From positions 78,037 to 142,036 of the forward strand of contig NMRA01000709.1 of assembly GCA_002633005.1 (NCBI GenBank): 64,000 nt of DNA, given 5' to 3'. Both the position numbers and the translations under genes were made by a program. The notes under the pieces are model-generated. The model saw only the letters and a program-made list of their open reading frames with translations, made no database searches and was not told the DNA's origin. Within the stretch, counting starts at the first letter, position 1. Each line of letters starts with the position of its first letter. Shown one piece after another: positions 37,601-51,491 of the stretch. The DNA is from Phoronis australis. Taxonomy: Eukaryota; Animalia; Phoronida.

Positions 37601-40600
37601 TATCAAGATTTAAATCTACAACTGACGGAGCCCTCTCACTCTCAGGAATGTGAGCAAGAAGATTGTGACTGTTGCTAATCCACTCAGATGAATTCCAGCT
37701 CTCGACATCATATCAAGCAGCTGTTCAATTAGTTGTAGAGCTCTAGACTCCGAATCAACAGATTTCAACAAATCATCGACATAGAAATTATTACTCACAG
37801 TAGAGCATGTCAAATCATCATACTCGCCTCTGAAATCCTCAACTGTGTGCTTAACACAATAGCTGGCAACGCATGGAGAAGACGTTGAACCAAATATGTG
37901 GACTAACATCTGGTAGTCTACCAGATCTTGAGACAAATCATCATTAGGCCACCACAAGAAGCGTAACGCATTACAGTCATCAGTCCTCACCCGAACTTGA
38001 TGAAACATTGCTTCTATGTCAGCTACCAAAGCCACATGATCCTGCCTAAAACGCATCAAAACACCCACAAGGTCATTAGTCATATCTGGACCTTGTAATA
38101 ATACATCATTTAGACAGACACCCTTATACTTAGCTGAGCAATCAAATACTACCCTGACCTTTCCAGGTTTCTTAGCTGTCACAATAGGATGATGGGGGAG
38201 ATACCATCTGAGCTCTGAATCACTAATAATACTTTCGTTCTCTGAAACGACCTTTGCATGACCTTTATCAACATAGTCATTAATCGATTTCCTATACATC
38301 TCAATCAACGAGTTATCTTTAAGAAATCTTTTCTTCAAAAGACGCAATCTTGCTTGCGCAAGTTCCTTATTGTTAGGTAAATCTGGTTTCTCATCCCTCC
38401 AAGGTAACGCAACAGAATAATGACCTGTATTATCCAAAGAAATCAAACTTTCTATCTTATGCAAAGCTGATTTATCTTCAATAGACATCGCAGACTTTGG
38501 ATCATGAGAATTGCAAAACTCATATGAAATCATCTTATTAACTGACTGTTGCAAAACATCGTCTTTCTGCGTACTCAGATAGTTAGCAAGAAACCCACTG
38601 CGATTACCCTCAGATCTCACTGGTCCCAGTAATGTCCAACCAAGTAGAGTACGAATTGCATATGGCTGCTTACGTCTACCTCTGCGTTCCTCAAAAATCC
38701 AGTCTGCCTCTGGTACATCAGAACCAATGATAATACCTACTTCACGATGAGACTGTGGCAACTCAGGAATGTCAAAACCATGAAGATGATTCCAGCCCTT
38801 CACATCATCACTAGTAGGAATGCATGAGTCAGAAATGGTCATCTTATCAATCGAAAGCACATTGTTTACCACTAAACTATCATCAGTAATTATTGAACCA
38901 ACGATCAGATTAAGTTCAAACCCTTTACGCTTAACAGTATTATTAAGCGTCGTTAACGTGTATTGTTTTGGAACAGCATCAACTCCTAGCTGATCTACTA
39001 ACTTAGACTACACAAAGAAACATCTGATCCATCATCCAACAAAGCATATATTAGAACTTCATTTTTACTTTTTCTCGACTTAACAACAACTGGTAAACAT
39101 TTGAGTTTCACATTACAGCTGCTGCGAACTCAGTTACAAGCACTAGAATTACCATATACCTTACACTCAGTAGCCTTACTTTCAGCATTTGAAACACTTT
39201 CGTTAGCTGGAGGTTCTGTCCGTGTGAAACCAGGATCATGCATCAAGGAGTGATGTCGTTTACCGCAACCATCAACACTGCAAACCACCTTGACTCTGCA
39301 ATACTTAGAGATGTGGCCCTGTTTCAGACAAACGCAACATCTTCTTGCCTGACAAATGGTTTTCTTCCTACCTTCAAGAGAGTCATGAATAAACCTAGAA
39401 CAAGTCAATAGATCATGATTGGTTGTCTTACACAAGGAACATAATTTCTTATCTACATCATTACCCTGTGACTGTGTGACAAAAGACACTTTATCACCAC
39501 GTGACTGAGTTCTGGCAACGTGCTTTTCAGATCTGTACTTAGATTTTGAGCCAACAATCTGTCCATACAGAGTTTTAGCTACTCTAGCCTTTGACTCAAT
39601 GAAGTCAGTTAAATCTGAGAACTTTGGCTCTACACCTTGTTTATCCATGATACCACTAGCATGCTCTGCCCACTTAGCTTGCATATGAAATGGCAAACGC
39701 TTCACAATTTTGATCAAAGTGTTTGAGCAATTCAAATCTGACTCATAATTCATTTGTTCCAGAGTGAGCATGCCTCTCCTCATGAGCACAGCTAAGTCTG
39801 AGAGAGCCACACTGTTAGAACCATCAATGACTGGACCTTGGGTCACTTGTTTAATAAAGGCATGAGCTATAACATGTTTCTGACCAAAATTATCATAGAA
39901 CATCGCTTTTGCTTTTCTGTAGGCTAGCTCTGAGTTACCAAAAATAGAGCTGTTTTCAATACACTGTCTAGGTTTCCCTTTACACTGTTGCAAAAGATAC
40001 ATTAGCTTAGACTGACTATCACTAACTCTAGATTCAATATTAGCCTCGAAAATTCGAATAAAAGACCAATACTCAGTTGGATTGCCATCAAATGTAAGCA
40101 GTTCTTTTTTCGGCATTTCAAACCCTTCTCTCAAAGTTTCCGCGAGCTGCTTCATAACTTCCGGTAAACCAGGATACGACCACGGCGCCTCTTGCGGGAA
40201 ACTAGGGAACCGCGCTGCACCAGCATTCGGCTCTGCACGGGGTCTGGGAGTGCTAATATGCTTAGCACTGGCGGCAAACGGAGTATTCATTGGCGAGACT
40301 TCATTATCGGCGGCTAACGTGGCTCCTTGAAGCTGCATTTCCATACGAAGCATTTCCTCACGCCTACGTAATTCAGACTCTGCCTCCATCTGTTTCAGTG
40401 CTTCACGCTCTCTCTCTATCTCATGAAGCTGCTGCATTTGCTTTAATTTTAGTTGTGCAAGTGCTTTCCTAGAGTAGACCTCCTTCATGTTTTTTGACGA
40501 TTCCTCATCCCCAAACAGGTCATTTTTCACACTCTCTATCACACTCTCTCTTTCGGCTTCAGCCATCTCACAGTTAAGAGCTTGTTGAGAACCAATGTGA

Positions 40601-40995
40601 GTGTTTGCAAGTCTCAAGAGGAATTAATATCTTTTAAGAGTGCTTTATTGAGAGATGTGAAACATTTCTAATTGACATTCTCACAGTTCTTCTCTGTTTC
40701 AGTTCTAAAAATAAAAAACAAAATGCATAGCAAACCTCACAGATACAGACCAAATACAAATTCGGAAATACCAAATACGAAAGTGCCATGAAAAATACCT
40801 CAATACTGCCGCTCCCTGGCTCTCCTCACTGACGCCAAATATGCACTGCGACAATGTGAGTAAATCGAGTCAGCGCACAACACTTCACACTCAAATGAGG
40901 GTCAGGTCACATGCAAATTACATTCAGTCTATTCAGCCGTGAATATACACGTGACCATAAGCCACCCAGAGCAAACAAACGTGAAGTGTCTTACA
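34674..40995 (-). mobile_element. Full-length decayed BEL/Pao LTR retrotransposon
   Basis: LTRs at 40596-40995 and 34674-35074, about 18 differences in 400 bp by eye. TSD AATAG, a TGG-initiated PBS at 40594 and a PPT at ~35075-35085. Domain order gag-PR-RT-RH-IN. Confidence 0.95.
35220..40566 (-). pseudogene. BEL/Pao gag-pol polyprotein with stops and frameshifts
   Basis: Gag FDGNPTEYWSF plus Cys-His knuckles; protease ALLDDGSDVSL (~39040); RT YLPHH/VVFD/YVDD; RNase H LHCFSDAS/WTDS/NPAD; integrase H..H..C..C, IDYFGP, SDNGTNF and GVWER. Confidence 0.95.
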
Positions 40996-42789
40996 AATAG
41001 GATAAAAGAAATGATCAATGTGTTCGCAAACAACAAAGGTCTGGGTTTGTGCTCTGTAAATGTTGACAGAGGGACAATTATGGCGTGCGTGGCCGAATCG
41101 CGTTTAACCACCTAATTACGATGAAACACAAGAAAGAAAAGTGCTTTCTAAAAGGAGATTCCACCGTAACCGGAAATTTTTTGGATTGGAATCGTGGGAT
41201 GTGAGTGATGTATGAAATTCTTTTGTCTGATCCCACGTGCAAGCCCGTGCTGGCCGTTGCCAATTTGTCTGATCCCACGTGCAAGCCTATGCTGGCAGTT
41301 GCCAAGTTGGCTGCTAGGCCAGAGTCCGTCGATTTTCCATGTGCCGCCGGAACGGGATACAAAGTGTTATTTTCGTTAATGCAAATGTATAAGTTGCCGT
41401 GGTGTATTCCAATTTGTTTTGACAATTTCATGTTTTATTTTTGTTAAAAAGTTTTATTTTGACCGACTCGAGTTTTGCAGTTCAAGAGAGAAGTGGTCAT
41501 GTGGCAGATTCTGAATGATCTGATTGGTCCAAGCCATTGTTTACGAATTCTGCTTGCCTATTTTGAGTGTTCTTGTAGTCATTTCTTTTGCCACATAAAT
41601 TGTTCTACACCAGCGTGGCTTATGAACAATTATGATCTCCTGTATGTGCTGTTTTAAACTGAAAAGTTTGGCTCACTTATGATTATGATTGATGTGTTCT
41701 ATAGTTTAAGGTATGTTGTTTTTGACTTTATTTTTTCGATGCTAATAGTTGGGGTATGAGCCACAGGTTTTCGTCTTAACTTTTTCCATTGCGTTGGAAT
41801 TAAATTTTTTGTTATAATTAAATATGTATGCATTTCAGGCTTTCCAGATAATCTGGGTGTATTTTCAAAATTTTTTCATGATTTTGTATCGTAATTATAA
41901 CAACGTAAAATAATGAAAATAATTTTATAGGTCTCCCTGCAGCAAATCAAGAATAACCTTCTGTCACTCACAGTGCAAATTTTGCATCATTATCTTTATT
42001 ATTTTAATTTTAAAAAAATATCTTTTGTTGCATCTAAGTGCCTTCATAATTGTTGCTGAAATAGGTGTCAGGTACTGCTTAAAATGAGTGCATTTTGCCA
42101 ACACGACACAGTTACAGGGTATCTTGTGATAATAATGTTTACTTTGGATGTGTTGAGGTATGGTTGTTTAGATTGCAATGTGTTTTTGGGGCAGTAAAAA
42201 TTTTCCTCTTTTTTTCATGGGTCATTCCAAGCCCTGATACAACTACCCCAGTTGCCCTGTGTAAGTAAACACAGCTTAAAATCCTAGAAGCACACGTTTT
42301 AACCTTTGTTAAATTGTTAGAAGAAGTTACAAGTATCCAAGCAGCACCTATCCCATAACCAATTCATAATTTCTAGTCGAAGAAAGTTTAAATAAATGCG
42401 TCACTCGTGATTCTGACCTGAAGAACACTACGCCACTTTGAACTTACCGCGAAACCGGATGTAGAATTCATTCAGGAACCAAGGCTTAAGAGCGCCGACT
42501 GTGCAACAAGAGCAGTGTCTGTTACCTGCCGAATGCTGACATTTACGTTAATAAAACCAAAGTAAAGACAATTTGTTTTGAAATTGGTGACGAAATGTGG
42601 CAAAACATTTTTTGACAATTTATTTTGCCAGACTCGAACCTGCAGCCGATGACCAGTGTGCAGACCGACCAGCACTGGCAAAAGGTGAAGGCTGCCGTCC
42701 CGCCTGTTTTATTGGAATAATTGGTTCAAATCATAAATGCTGTATATATACAATGATAGTTTCAGACACTAGAATGCAATTACAGACTA

Positions 42790-45377
42790 CAGTACAGCCA
42801 CTGAACTATTAGATTTCGTCCTGTCTGCCTCAGGGTTATCCAGACAGGAGCGTAAGCGGAACGCAGGCGTGAGCGAAATCAGTCACGGTCTTCTCGACAC
42901 GCTTACTCTCCAGGTAGCCGTCACGCTTATCTCCGGTTTGGTTAATGCCTTCTTCACGCTTTCCTCACACTTCCATCACGCTTTCTTCACACCTTTGGTA
43001 GATGTTGTAAACATGATGGTGCGCCGGACTAGTACGAATACATGTGACATCTAGATCTCCGTGTCGTTTCGGTTGAGTAATCATCTTTCAACACTGGCTT
43101 CAGACTCACTCCGTGTTGGTCAAACAAAAGTAATCCTTAAGCTCGTCTGGCATTACACTTATGTTTTCCAATTTATGTCTAAAAAGACTCTCTCATCAAC
43201 TACTTAACCGTGTTTGGTAAGTAACGGTGAACAAACGCACCCTGAGTTCACAACCATGTTTACATTGCTGTGGACTCCGTGTAACTTGTCACTGCTGGAT
43301 ATTGTTAATTTACCCTAAAAATAGCCTATGTATCTTGATACATGTGTATGTGTTGTCACTCTGTAGATTTTTGCACTGTACTCGAGAACAGAAAAGTTCA
43401 ATAGACCTCCCTGTGTGGGTGATGGCACCTTTCATCCCCATCCCCTACTTCAAGTGCATGTTAAGTCCCCAACACCTAGTGCGGTTTAATTAGTTGTAAC
43501 CCCATCCGTTTAGTATTTTCTTCAGTAAATTATTAATATCAGTCACTTGTTTGACTTGTCAAATGCATGGTCTTGGATCAGTTTTCACCGCATGATGCGG
43601 GAATTTGGGATAAATGCTCGCAGAATTCAGGTGCTACGCTTTGCCGTGTAAGAATTACCAATGAATACGAATACCAGATTTTCAAACCAAAACATAAAGC
43701 CAGAAATGCCTGAGGGTTGTTCCAGCAAAATCTGTGTGGGGGTGGGCTGTTGAATTAAAATTTTATGGGTGGTTGTCTTTAAAAAAGAATTTAAATTATG
43801 GGTGGTCCATCTTCAAAGAAGTAAATCATTAAAAGTGGGTGGTCTTTTTGTCATGTAAATGTTGGCAGTTGGGTATTTTCAGCCTAACACAGACCTCAAT
43901 GCCCTCTAAAAAACTCACAAAAAATTTACTTGACAGATACCCAAAAATACCTCATAGCAAGCCCATGTTGCTAGTGTACAGAGTGCAACATGTACACTAC
44001 CATTACTCAAGTCATGGGCAAGTAACTTGATTATAGGGACATGTCGTAGTCATATGAGAATGAAAATTACTGTAACACTAAAGTGGTGTTCACACATCTA
44101 AGAAAACTGAGACTTTTAATAAAAAATTTGAGGATTCATACAGACAAGTTCTAATACTCACTTGGCATAGCAGCCTGAAAGCATTCATGGAGACACTTTC
44201 AGATTCATAGAATTGTGTTATTGAAAATTTTATCGAATTTACAGACACATGGTAGACAGAGACACCTGGTGGTTGTCTAAAATATTGCTGACAGGTGTCT
44301 TTGAAAAGCAAGTTTCTGGTAACTGACACTTCAGGAAACAGACCTGTGGACTCTAGTTTTCACTTATATATAATTATTTGTTTTTATATAAACTAATAAA
44401 GAATCTTAACACGCGTGTACATGGCAGAAATATTCAATTGCCTTCACGATATGAAGGACCATAGCATGTCAATTCTGAGCACATTGATCCCAAGTTCCGG
44501 CTTCATGCAGAGAAAACTGATCGTGCCCATGCATTTGACGAGTCAAACAGATCACTGCTATTATTATTTTAGTGAAGAAGTACCCCGGGGATACTGTGAA
44601 CTCAGTCGAAACGCATGTACTACGGGGAGGGGGCTACAAATAATTAAACTGCACTACGAATTGAGGACGTTTTAGTCAAAACATGCTTGCAGTAAGGGAT
44701 GGGTATGGGTATGTCAGAATGGCGGCCTATTGAAATTTTCGTACGCCAGTGCGGTGCAAAAATTTACGGAGTGACACAATACTTCACAAGATGCGTAGGC
44801 TATTTTTACGGCAAATTAACTATATCCAGCTGTGACAAGTTTCAAGGATTCCACAGCCATGTAAAGACGACTCTGGACACAGGGTCGCGTGTATTCTTAT
44901 TTACTAACCGTGGTTACTGTACTTGTATGTCGTTGATGGGACTGGGTATTAAGTCGAAAATAGAAATATGTACATGTAACCCTAACACAAGATGAGCTGA
45001 AGGAAGACGTGTGTATGAACAACACGTGGAATTACAAAGTTAGTCAGAACCCAAGTGTGATAGATGACTGCTTGCAAAGATACTCTATAATATAGTATAA
45101 TGTCTTCGCAACTTGTCCGAAATGACAGGCAATCAAGACTTTACATGTATTTTCATTGATTAGCCCGGTGCCCTAACATGGTTACCACAGGTACCGAAGG
45201 CGTGAAGAAAACCTGAGGAAAGCGTGAACTAAACCAGAGGTAAGCGTGAGGACTACCCGGAGAGTAGGCGTGAGGCGACCATGACTGATTTCTGTCACGC
45301 CTGTGTTCCGGTTGCGCTCCAGTCTGGGCAGGCGTGAGGTAGCCCGGAGGAAGTCTAAAAATTCAGTGGCTGTACCG
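42790..45377. mobile_element. TA-flanked non-autonomous element with ~250-bp TIRs
   Basis: TA|cagtacagccactgaa ... ttcagtggctgtaccg|TA, with TCACGC subterminal repeats in both arms. Confidence 0.8.
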
Positions 45378-45656
45378 TACTACAGGTTACTTACCGTATT
45401 CGCCCTAATATGCGCCAAGAGCGCATAGAAAAATTTGCTTCAGGAGGGGGGCCGCTTATTATAGCCTTAAAGTGGTTGAAATCTGGTCTCTGAAACAGGT
45501 GAGATCATAAGCTAGAATTCATCAAATTTACGCTCTGTGACGCTTCTGTAACCTATGACAGAGTTTCTACAAAGTTGTAGTCCATTCCTATCAAACTTTG
45601 TTGTTAAATTACGAGCATTTTTCAGAAAATGCCAGTGCAAAAACTCGCCAACAGAT

Positions 45657-46649
45657 CAGGGCTTCATCTAGGATTTCGAACATAGGGTGTCCAAAATGGG
45701 GTTCCCAATATTCCAGGGCGTCCATGATTCCAACGCCGCATTACCCCCCTCTCCCCACCCCATTCACCAGTAACCCCCCCTCCCAACACACACAGTGAGG
45801 TTTTTTACAATTAAAAAATGCGTTGAACAAGGCTTTTACACCTAAGTTTAAAAAAACAGCTCCCTTGTATTGGGCTTTTTTAAGTACTAAAATACTGTTG
45901 ATCAAGACTTTTATGTTTAAATTTACGAAAACAGCCAAATAGCTTACCAAACGGGTATTACAGATATAACAGATATTGGTTGAACGATGAGTGCACTGTT
46001 TTTGGTCATCTCAAGTCAAATTCTGTTATAAAGTTTCTTATATCAACTTCACTAGCTTTATATTCTGTACAATGAGTCATCAAAGCTGCAGTTACCAACA
46101 AAAGGAAAATGCACAGATGATGTTGGTTTATATTTTGACAACAGGTGTCACTGCTGCTCCATTTTAGACGCACATAGAAAAGCATGAAACAGGCGAAAAC
46201 TCAAACATTTTAAATGGGGATATTCGTGCGGCACATCATATTATTAAAATAATGACATTTATTTTGCTTTTGGTATTTTTAAAAAAAGATGAAGTACATG
46301 AAATTACAGCTCTGAAACACCAGTTTGGAGTTAAGCAAGGTCCATGTCCCTATATAAAGTACAGAATGGCAGTGGCATGTGAGTCTATTGAAAGCAGACA
46401 CTCTGGCAACCAACCACGTGCTAAGGATTGACAGGCCTACCAAATAGGTTGAAAATAGTTTGAATATTGCAACATTTTAAATACTTTGGGCCAACTTCCC
46501 TCTTTGATTAACTGGGAGTCTTAGTAATATTTCAATGTGGGTGTCCAAACTGGAGAGATTCTAATTGACAGGGCGTCCAAATGATACATTGGGCGTCCTT
46601 GCCAGGGCGTCTACATTAGTGCTAGGGACGTACGCTGCATGAAGGCCTG
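45657..46649 (-). mobile_element. hAT MITE family Z, copy 2
   Basis: Ends cagggcttcat / atgaaggcctg and a perfect 8-bp TSD CAACAGAT. Confidence 0.9.
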
Positions 46650-47388
46650 CAACAGATGCGGCGCTGCCTCGCGATCGTTGATAGGTCAACTTGAATTCTT
46701 CAGTAAAAATATAGTTTCGACTCAACAAATAACCTGAAGGCCTCCTTAAGTTTTCAAAGTAATGTCTCTAAGATTTAAGTTTCTGTGGAGTCTGGATTAA
46801 CTGCATCATTAAGTACAAATCTGCACTAGATCGTACTCCACAACATGAGAAAAATCTCTGGACGAATACTCATGTTGTTGTCATGTGATGTTAGTTTTGA
46901 AGTTCGTCTGCGTAGTGTATTAGTGAGCGAGCGCATGCGTGTCATCAGAGTTCATTTGCCAGTGAGAGTAAACGCGATGTAGCGATCTAGGTGTGCATTG
47001 TAAAGCAGGAAATTAACGCAGGCAGTTAAGCAGAACGTGTTTTATTTAGTACTTGTTGATCTCATCTGCTAAAAAACGTTCAAGGCGATTTTTTCTCAAA
47101 TGAGATTATCTTATTTATTCTCAAAGTGTGCGGAAGGGTTCCGCCCTTTTTTATATCCACTTAGGGCCATAAAAATGGTATGAAACAAATCTATACCTTA
47201 CCCTAAACATGTTTACAATGTTACATTTTTATTTCCTCAATTAGCATTTTCTTAATTAGAAGTTCAATTTTTGCCATGCGGAATATTACGCACTGACTGC
47301 GGAATATTCCGTGGATTTTGCGGAATATTACGCAGATTTTGCGGAATATTACGCACTTGAAGAATACTGCGCACGTTTTGTGGACTAC

Positions 47389-49572
47389 CAGGACTCGATG
47401 CTATTAAAATCGCCAGGTCGCATTTTGCGACCTAGCCAAAATCCCAGGTCGCATTTTCAAAATCCAGCTCGCATTCGTAAATGCCAGGTTGCAAAATTTT
47501 CCCGCCATTTTTACACGCCAAAATAGATTTTTTAGATCATCGAGAAAATGTTTAGATTATGCTCTTACCTGCAGCGTTAAATACTCACAAATTTCGGATC
47601 TCAAAATTGACTACATTCATGCAGGTACGGCCTTACTGTTCTTCACGAACGCCATTGAAAGACTCTAGAGCGCAAGGAAAGTTGCCGACGTGAAAGTTGA
47701 ATCCGTGCTCTCTAATTGACTTGTGCATTCGAGTAGCTAAATTTGCGATGTGAAATGGGAGAAAATGCCCGTTGAAAACGTTTCCGGGATTTTGTTAGAT
47801 CTGGCCTGCTACTGGCTGTCATCAAAGTCGTTAATGATTCAAACTAACTCGGGTAATGGCGAGTTTGCTTCTCAATACCTTCCAAGTACGGGAAAAATAG
47901 GTCAGTCACAAAACGACACGCATGTCACTTGTGTTAACTTTCTTTCCGAGAGATAAAACAAAGCCGGGATTTGGCTTTTACATATTGTGAAAAGACGTTT
48001 TTGAAAACTGAAGTTGTGTAAAATGAAAGTGACACACCACATAAGCTGCGTGTCAATTTTAAACCCCACGCGGTCGTTTGTAGTACGCTATGATGGGCGC
48101 TAGCTTGAACTGTGGGCGCTTAATTGGAAATTTTCAACCTTTAAGAGGGGACTTTTAATAGATCAGTGAGCGCTTATTATGAAACACTTTAAAGGTAGAG
48201 AGTGGGCTTGTGTGTGAGCATAGTCGTTAACCTCAGTGTTTGCGGTAATAAAATATTAAAACGCTGCAATGGTAAGAAACGTTATAATAATACGATTTTG
48301 CGAGGCAAACTCTATCTAGTGGGGTGACTTTCTGGATATCATTACCACCTACATTGTACCCTTTTTAGCCACCCGGAATGGTTTTGTTTTTAACTGCCCG
48401 CTTCAGCCGGAACAAGGTTGTTTCTATAGGAGTCTGAACATTTTACGGCGACGGTGGTTCGGGGAGCGAAAAGTTGCCGGGGGGTGTATGAAAAGAAGAA
48501 TGGAAAGTTCGCTAACTTGAACCACAATTTCGCATCTAGTGCCAGTTTAGTTGCAATAGCTGACTACGGGCATAGAATACAGGGTTTACAGAACATCGAC
48601 TTCGGGAAACATCGGAACAAGAAAACGTCAATTCTGGGTTATATCGGTCGCGGGATATCGGGTCTTTTATAACCGCTGGGAATCTGAGTTCATTTTCAAA
48701 TAAACCAGAGCCAAGCCGGTATACTCTTTCATTTAGGACTGTCGCTGTTCTTTGAAGTTGTGTGCACGCGTGAGTTCACGCACTTGAATCGCTGGAGTAG
48801 GCCTATACTTTACGTTGGCAACAACGTGTGAAAGACAAATCATATTTCACGCACGTAGCCCCAGAAACAAGTAAAGGGTTTGAGAATTTCTTGGCAACTG
48901 AAAGTAAAGACGTGACCATCGTTTGGCGATTAATAAGGTTGTCATTTTCACTTTGGCTGTCTTAATACGATAAAAAGGAGAAGCACATCTCAGTCTAAGT
49001 CACGATTGTCTGAAGGGACTGCTTGCGCACTAACGGTGCCGCATTGCGATATCAGGGATATTGTCGTGGATATTTGATACATGTAATAAGGACATCTTAT
49101 GTGAAAATAAACATTTTTGTCCACCACAAAGTTTGGTAAGTTGATCGCTTAAGGATTAGTAGAAACACTGTCGTTTTGTGAAGTTTTATCACGTGTTAAG
49201 CAGTGGCCCGAAACTTTCTTCGGCGAATCCGGGAATTTACAAAAGTGGCCGAAAGTGTTAGCCAATGAAACGCTTCAAAGATCGATTCTGCATATCCCAT
49301 GTTCACGCGACTTGCTTACAAGTCATCGGGAGGGCTGTTCTCGGTTAGTGTTCCTTTGAACTTGGATTAGGCAACAACCGAATAACGGTTGGATTAACAA
49401 GAGCTGCTTTGTATTTGCCAGGTATCTGTTGAGAACTGTAAAAATTCAGCCCGCATTCGTTGGAAATTCCAGGTCGCATTTTGCGACTTGATACGAGCTG
49501 ACAAAAATCTCAGCTCGCATTTCCAAATTTCAGGTCGCAAATGCGACATGCAGCTCGTTATGTCGAGCCCTG
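47389..49572 (+). mobile_element. hAT5-type element, copy 2
   Basis: Ends caggactcga / tcgagccctg and TSD ACTAC on both sides. Lacks ~230 bp that copy 1 has at ~8815-9050. Confidence 0.9.
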
Positions 49573-51299
49573 ACTACTGTGACTTGCGAAATATTATGTT
49601 TATTTTGTGGAATAATAATCAAAATAATTTATTTTTAAAAATCAATGTGACAGTTCCAGAAGCGTTCCACAAACAGAAAAGTTTAGCACAGGACTAAAAT
49701 GTGACAGTTGTGGAACCGTTACGCATGCGAAACTGTTCCGCATGGGGAGCGATTTCCCTAACAGAATGGTTTTGCTGGGTATTTGGTTTCATCAATTAAC
49801 TTAAAATACATTCCATTATCAATGCCACTTGAAAGTGTCGATGTGACACTCCTAACAGTAATTAGTTGATCAACGTGACTGTTGCGGAACCGTTCCGCAA
49901 ACAATACTTTTGTGATCCTCACAATTTTTAAAAAAATTTTCTTGTACATTTCAGTTGAAATATATTCTGTTCTCAATAGCATATGAGATAATCATTGTGT
50001 CAACATGAACAATGATTAATCAGTGGGGAACTTGCTGAATGATTTGTGATGCTGAAACTACCTCAAGCAGACTTGTGGAAATTTAACATCTTGTCTATGC
50101 CATTTTACTGCTTTTGGTTGAACCTTAACACAAGCCACGAAATATTCGAATCTTAACATGCAACAAGCATTAAACATTAAAGTATCAGAATTTCTACCCC
50201 AACAATAATTAATTAATAAAAGTGGCAGTTGCGGAGCCGTTCTGCATGCGGAAACGTTCCGCATTCGGAATTGTTCCACATGGGGAGCGATTTCCCAAAC
50301 AAAATGGTTTTGCGGGGTATTTGTTTTCACCAATCAACTTAAAATGCATTCCATTCCCATGCCACTTGAAAGTATCAATGTGACTATCCTAACAATAATT
50401 AGTTGATCAATGCGACAGAACCGCATGCGGAACGGTTCTGCAAACAATAGCTTTGAGGAGCTCTCAATCGTTTAAAATTTTTTCTTGCACATTTAAGTTG
50501 AAATGTATTCTATGTCAATAACACATGAAAATATCAATGTGTCAGCACGAACAATGATTAATCAGTGGGGAACTTGCTGAATGATTTGTGATGCAGAAAC
50601 CTACCTCAAGACATTTTGTCTATGGCATTTAAGTGCTTGTGGTAGAATTTAACACAAGCCAGGAAATATTCAAATCTTAGTGTGCAACAAGTATGAACAT
50701 GAATGTATCAGAATTTCTACCCTAACAATAATTATTTAATAAATGTGACAGTTGCGGAACGGATCCGCATGCAAAACCATTCCGCATGGGGAGCGATTTC
50801 CAGAACAATGGTTTTGCAATGTATTTTTTTGTCCAAACATCTGATAATGCATTTCGTTATCAATGCCACGTGAAAGTATCAATGTGACAATCCTTAACGT
50901 GCAACAAGCATAAACATGAATAGCGACAGTCCTAAGTAACAGAAACGGGCGAGACTATATACTTTTAACCATTGTCTCATTTCTCTGGCCTGATTTTTTC
51001 GAATATATGTTTTATCAAGTGCACTGCAGACGACAACTCAGCGCGGCAGACGAAGTCGCTGAAAGCGGAGGTTTTGACGCCGGCGGCGTTCTTAAACTTT
51101 GCAAACATGGGAAGAAAATAAAGTGAGAAAAACGTTCAAGTATTATATTTTGAAGTGAGTCCATGACCCAAGACAATAACTCGTTACTTGTATAACTGCA
51201 ATTCACATTGCTAAACCACCGTCTCGGAGGCCCGGCGTCGTTGCGCTCATTGTGATCATCGATCTTTTTCTAAAAGTCGGGGAATCGCGCGTTTCCTTA

Positions 51300-51491
51300 G
51301 CACTGGGCGCTAAATCGTCATTCTTTAAAAGTCGGGGATGGGCGCTTAACCGAGAGGTGGGCGCTTAACTGGAAATCTTCAAAAATCGCAGGGGGGCGCT
51401 TAACCGAGCAGTGGGCGGTTAAATCGAAAATCCACCTCAAGTAGGGGGTGGGCGGTTAATTGAGCATGGGCGTTAACCCGAACGTTTACGG
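51300..51491. mobile_element. Right end of another TACCGTA-type MITE
   Basis: Repeated GGGCGCTTAA motifs ending tttacgg|TA. Confidence 0.55.

Larger units (their letters stand above)
34342..42236 (+). mobile_element. hAT6-type element (6-bp TSD) hosting the BEL/Pao element
   Basis: Ends caaggctttgaat / attccaagccctg and TSD ATACAA on both sides. Same family as 61969-62474. Confidence 0.85.
33980..42318 (+). mobile_element. Old Helentron/DINE-like element hosting 34342-42236
   Basis: 5' tttttatatgcctcc..ggcatatag, an atgaaattt motif, and a degenerate 3' subTIR plus hairpin ending ttgtt. Confidence 0.45.
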
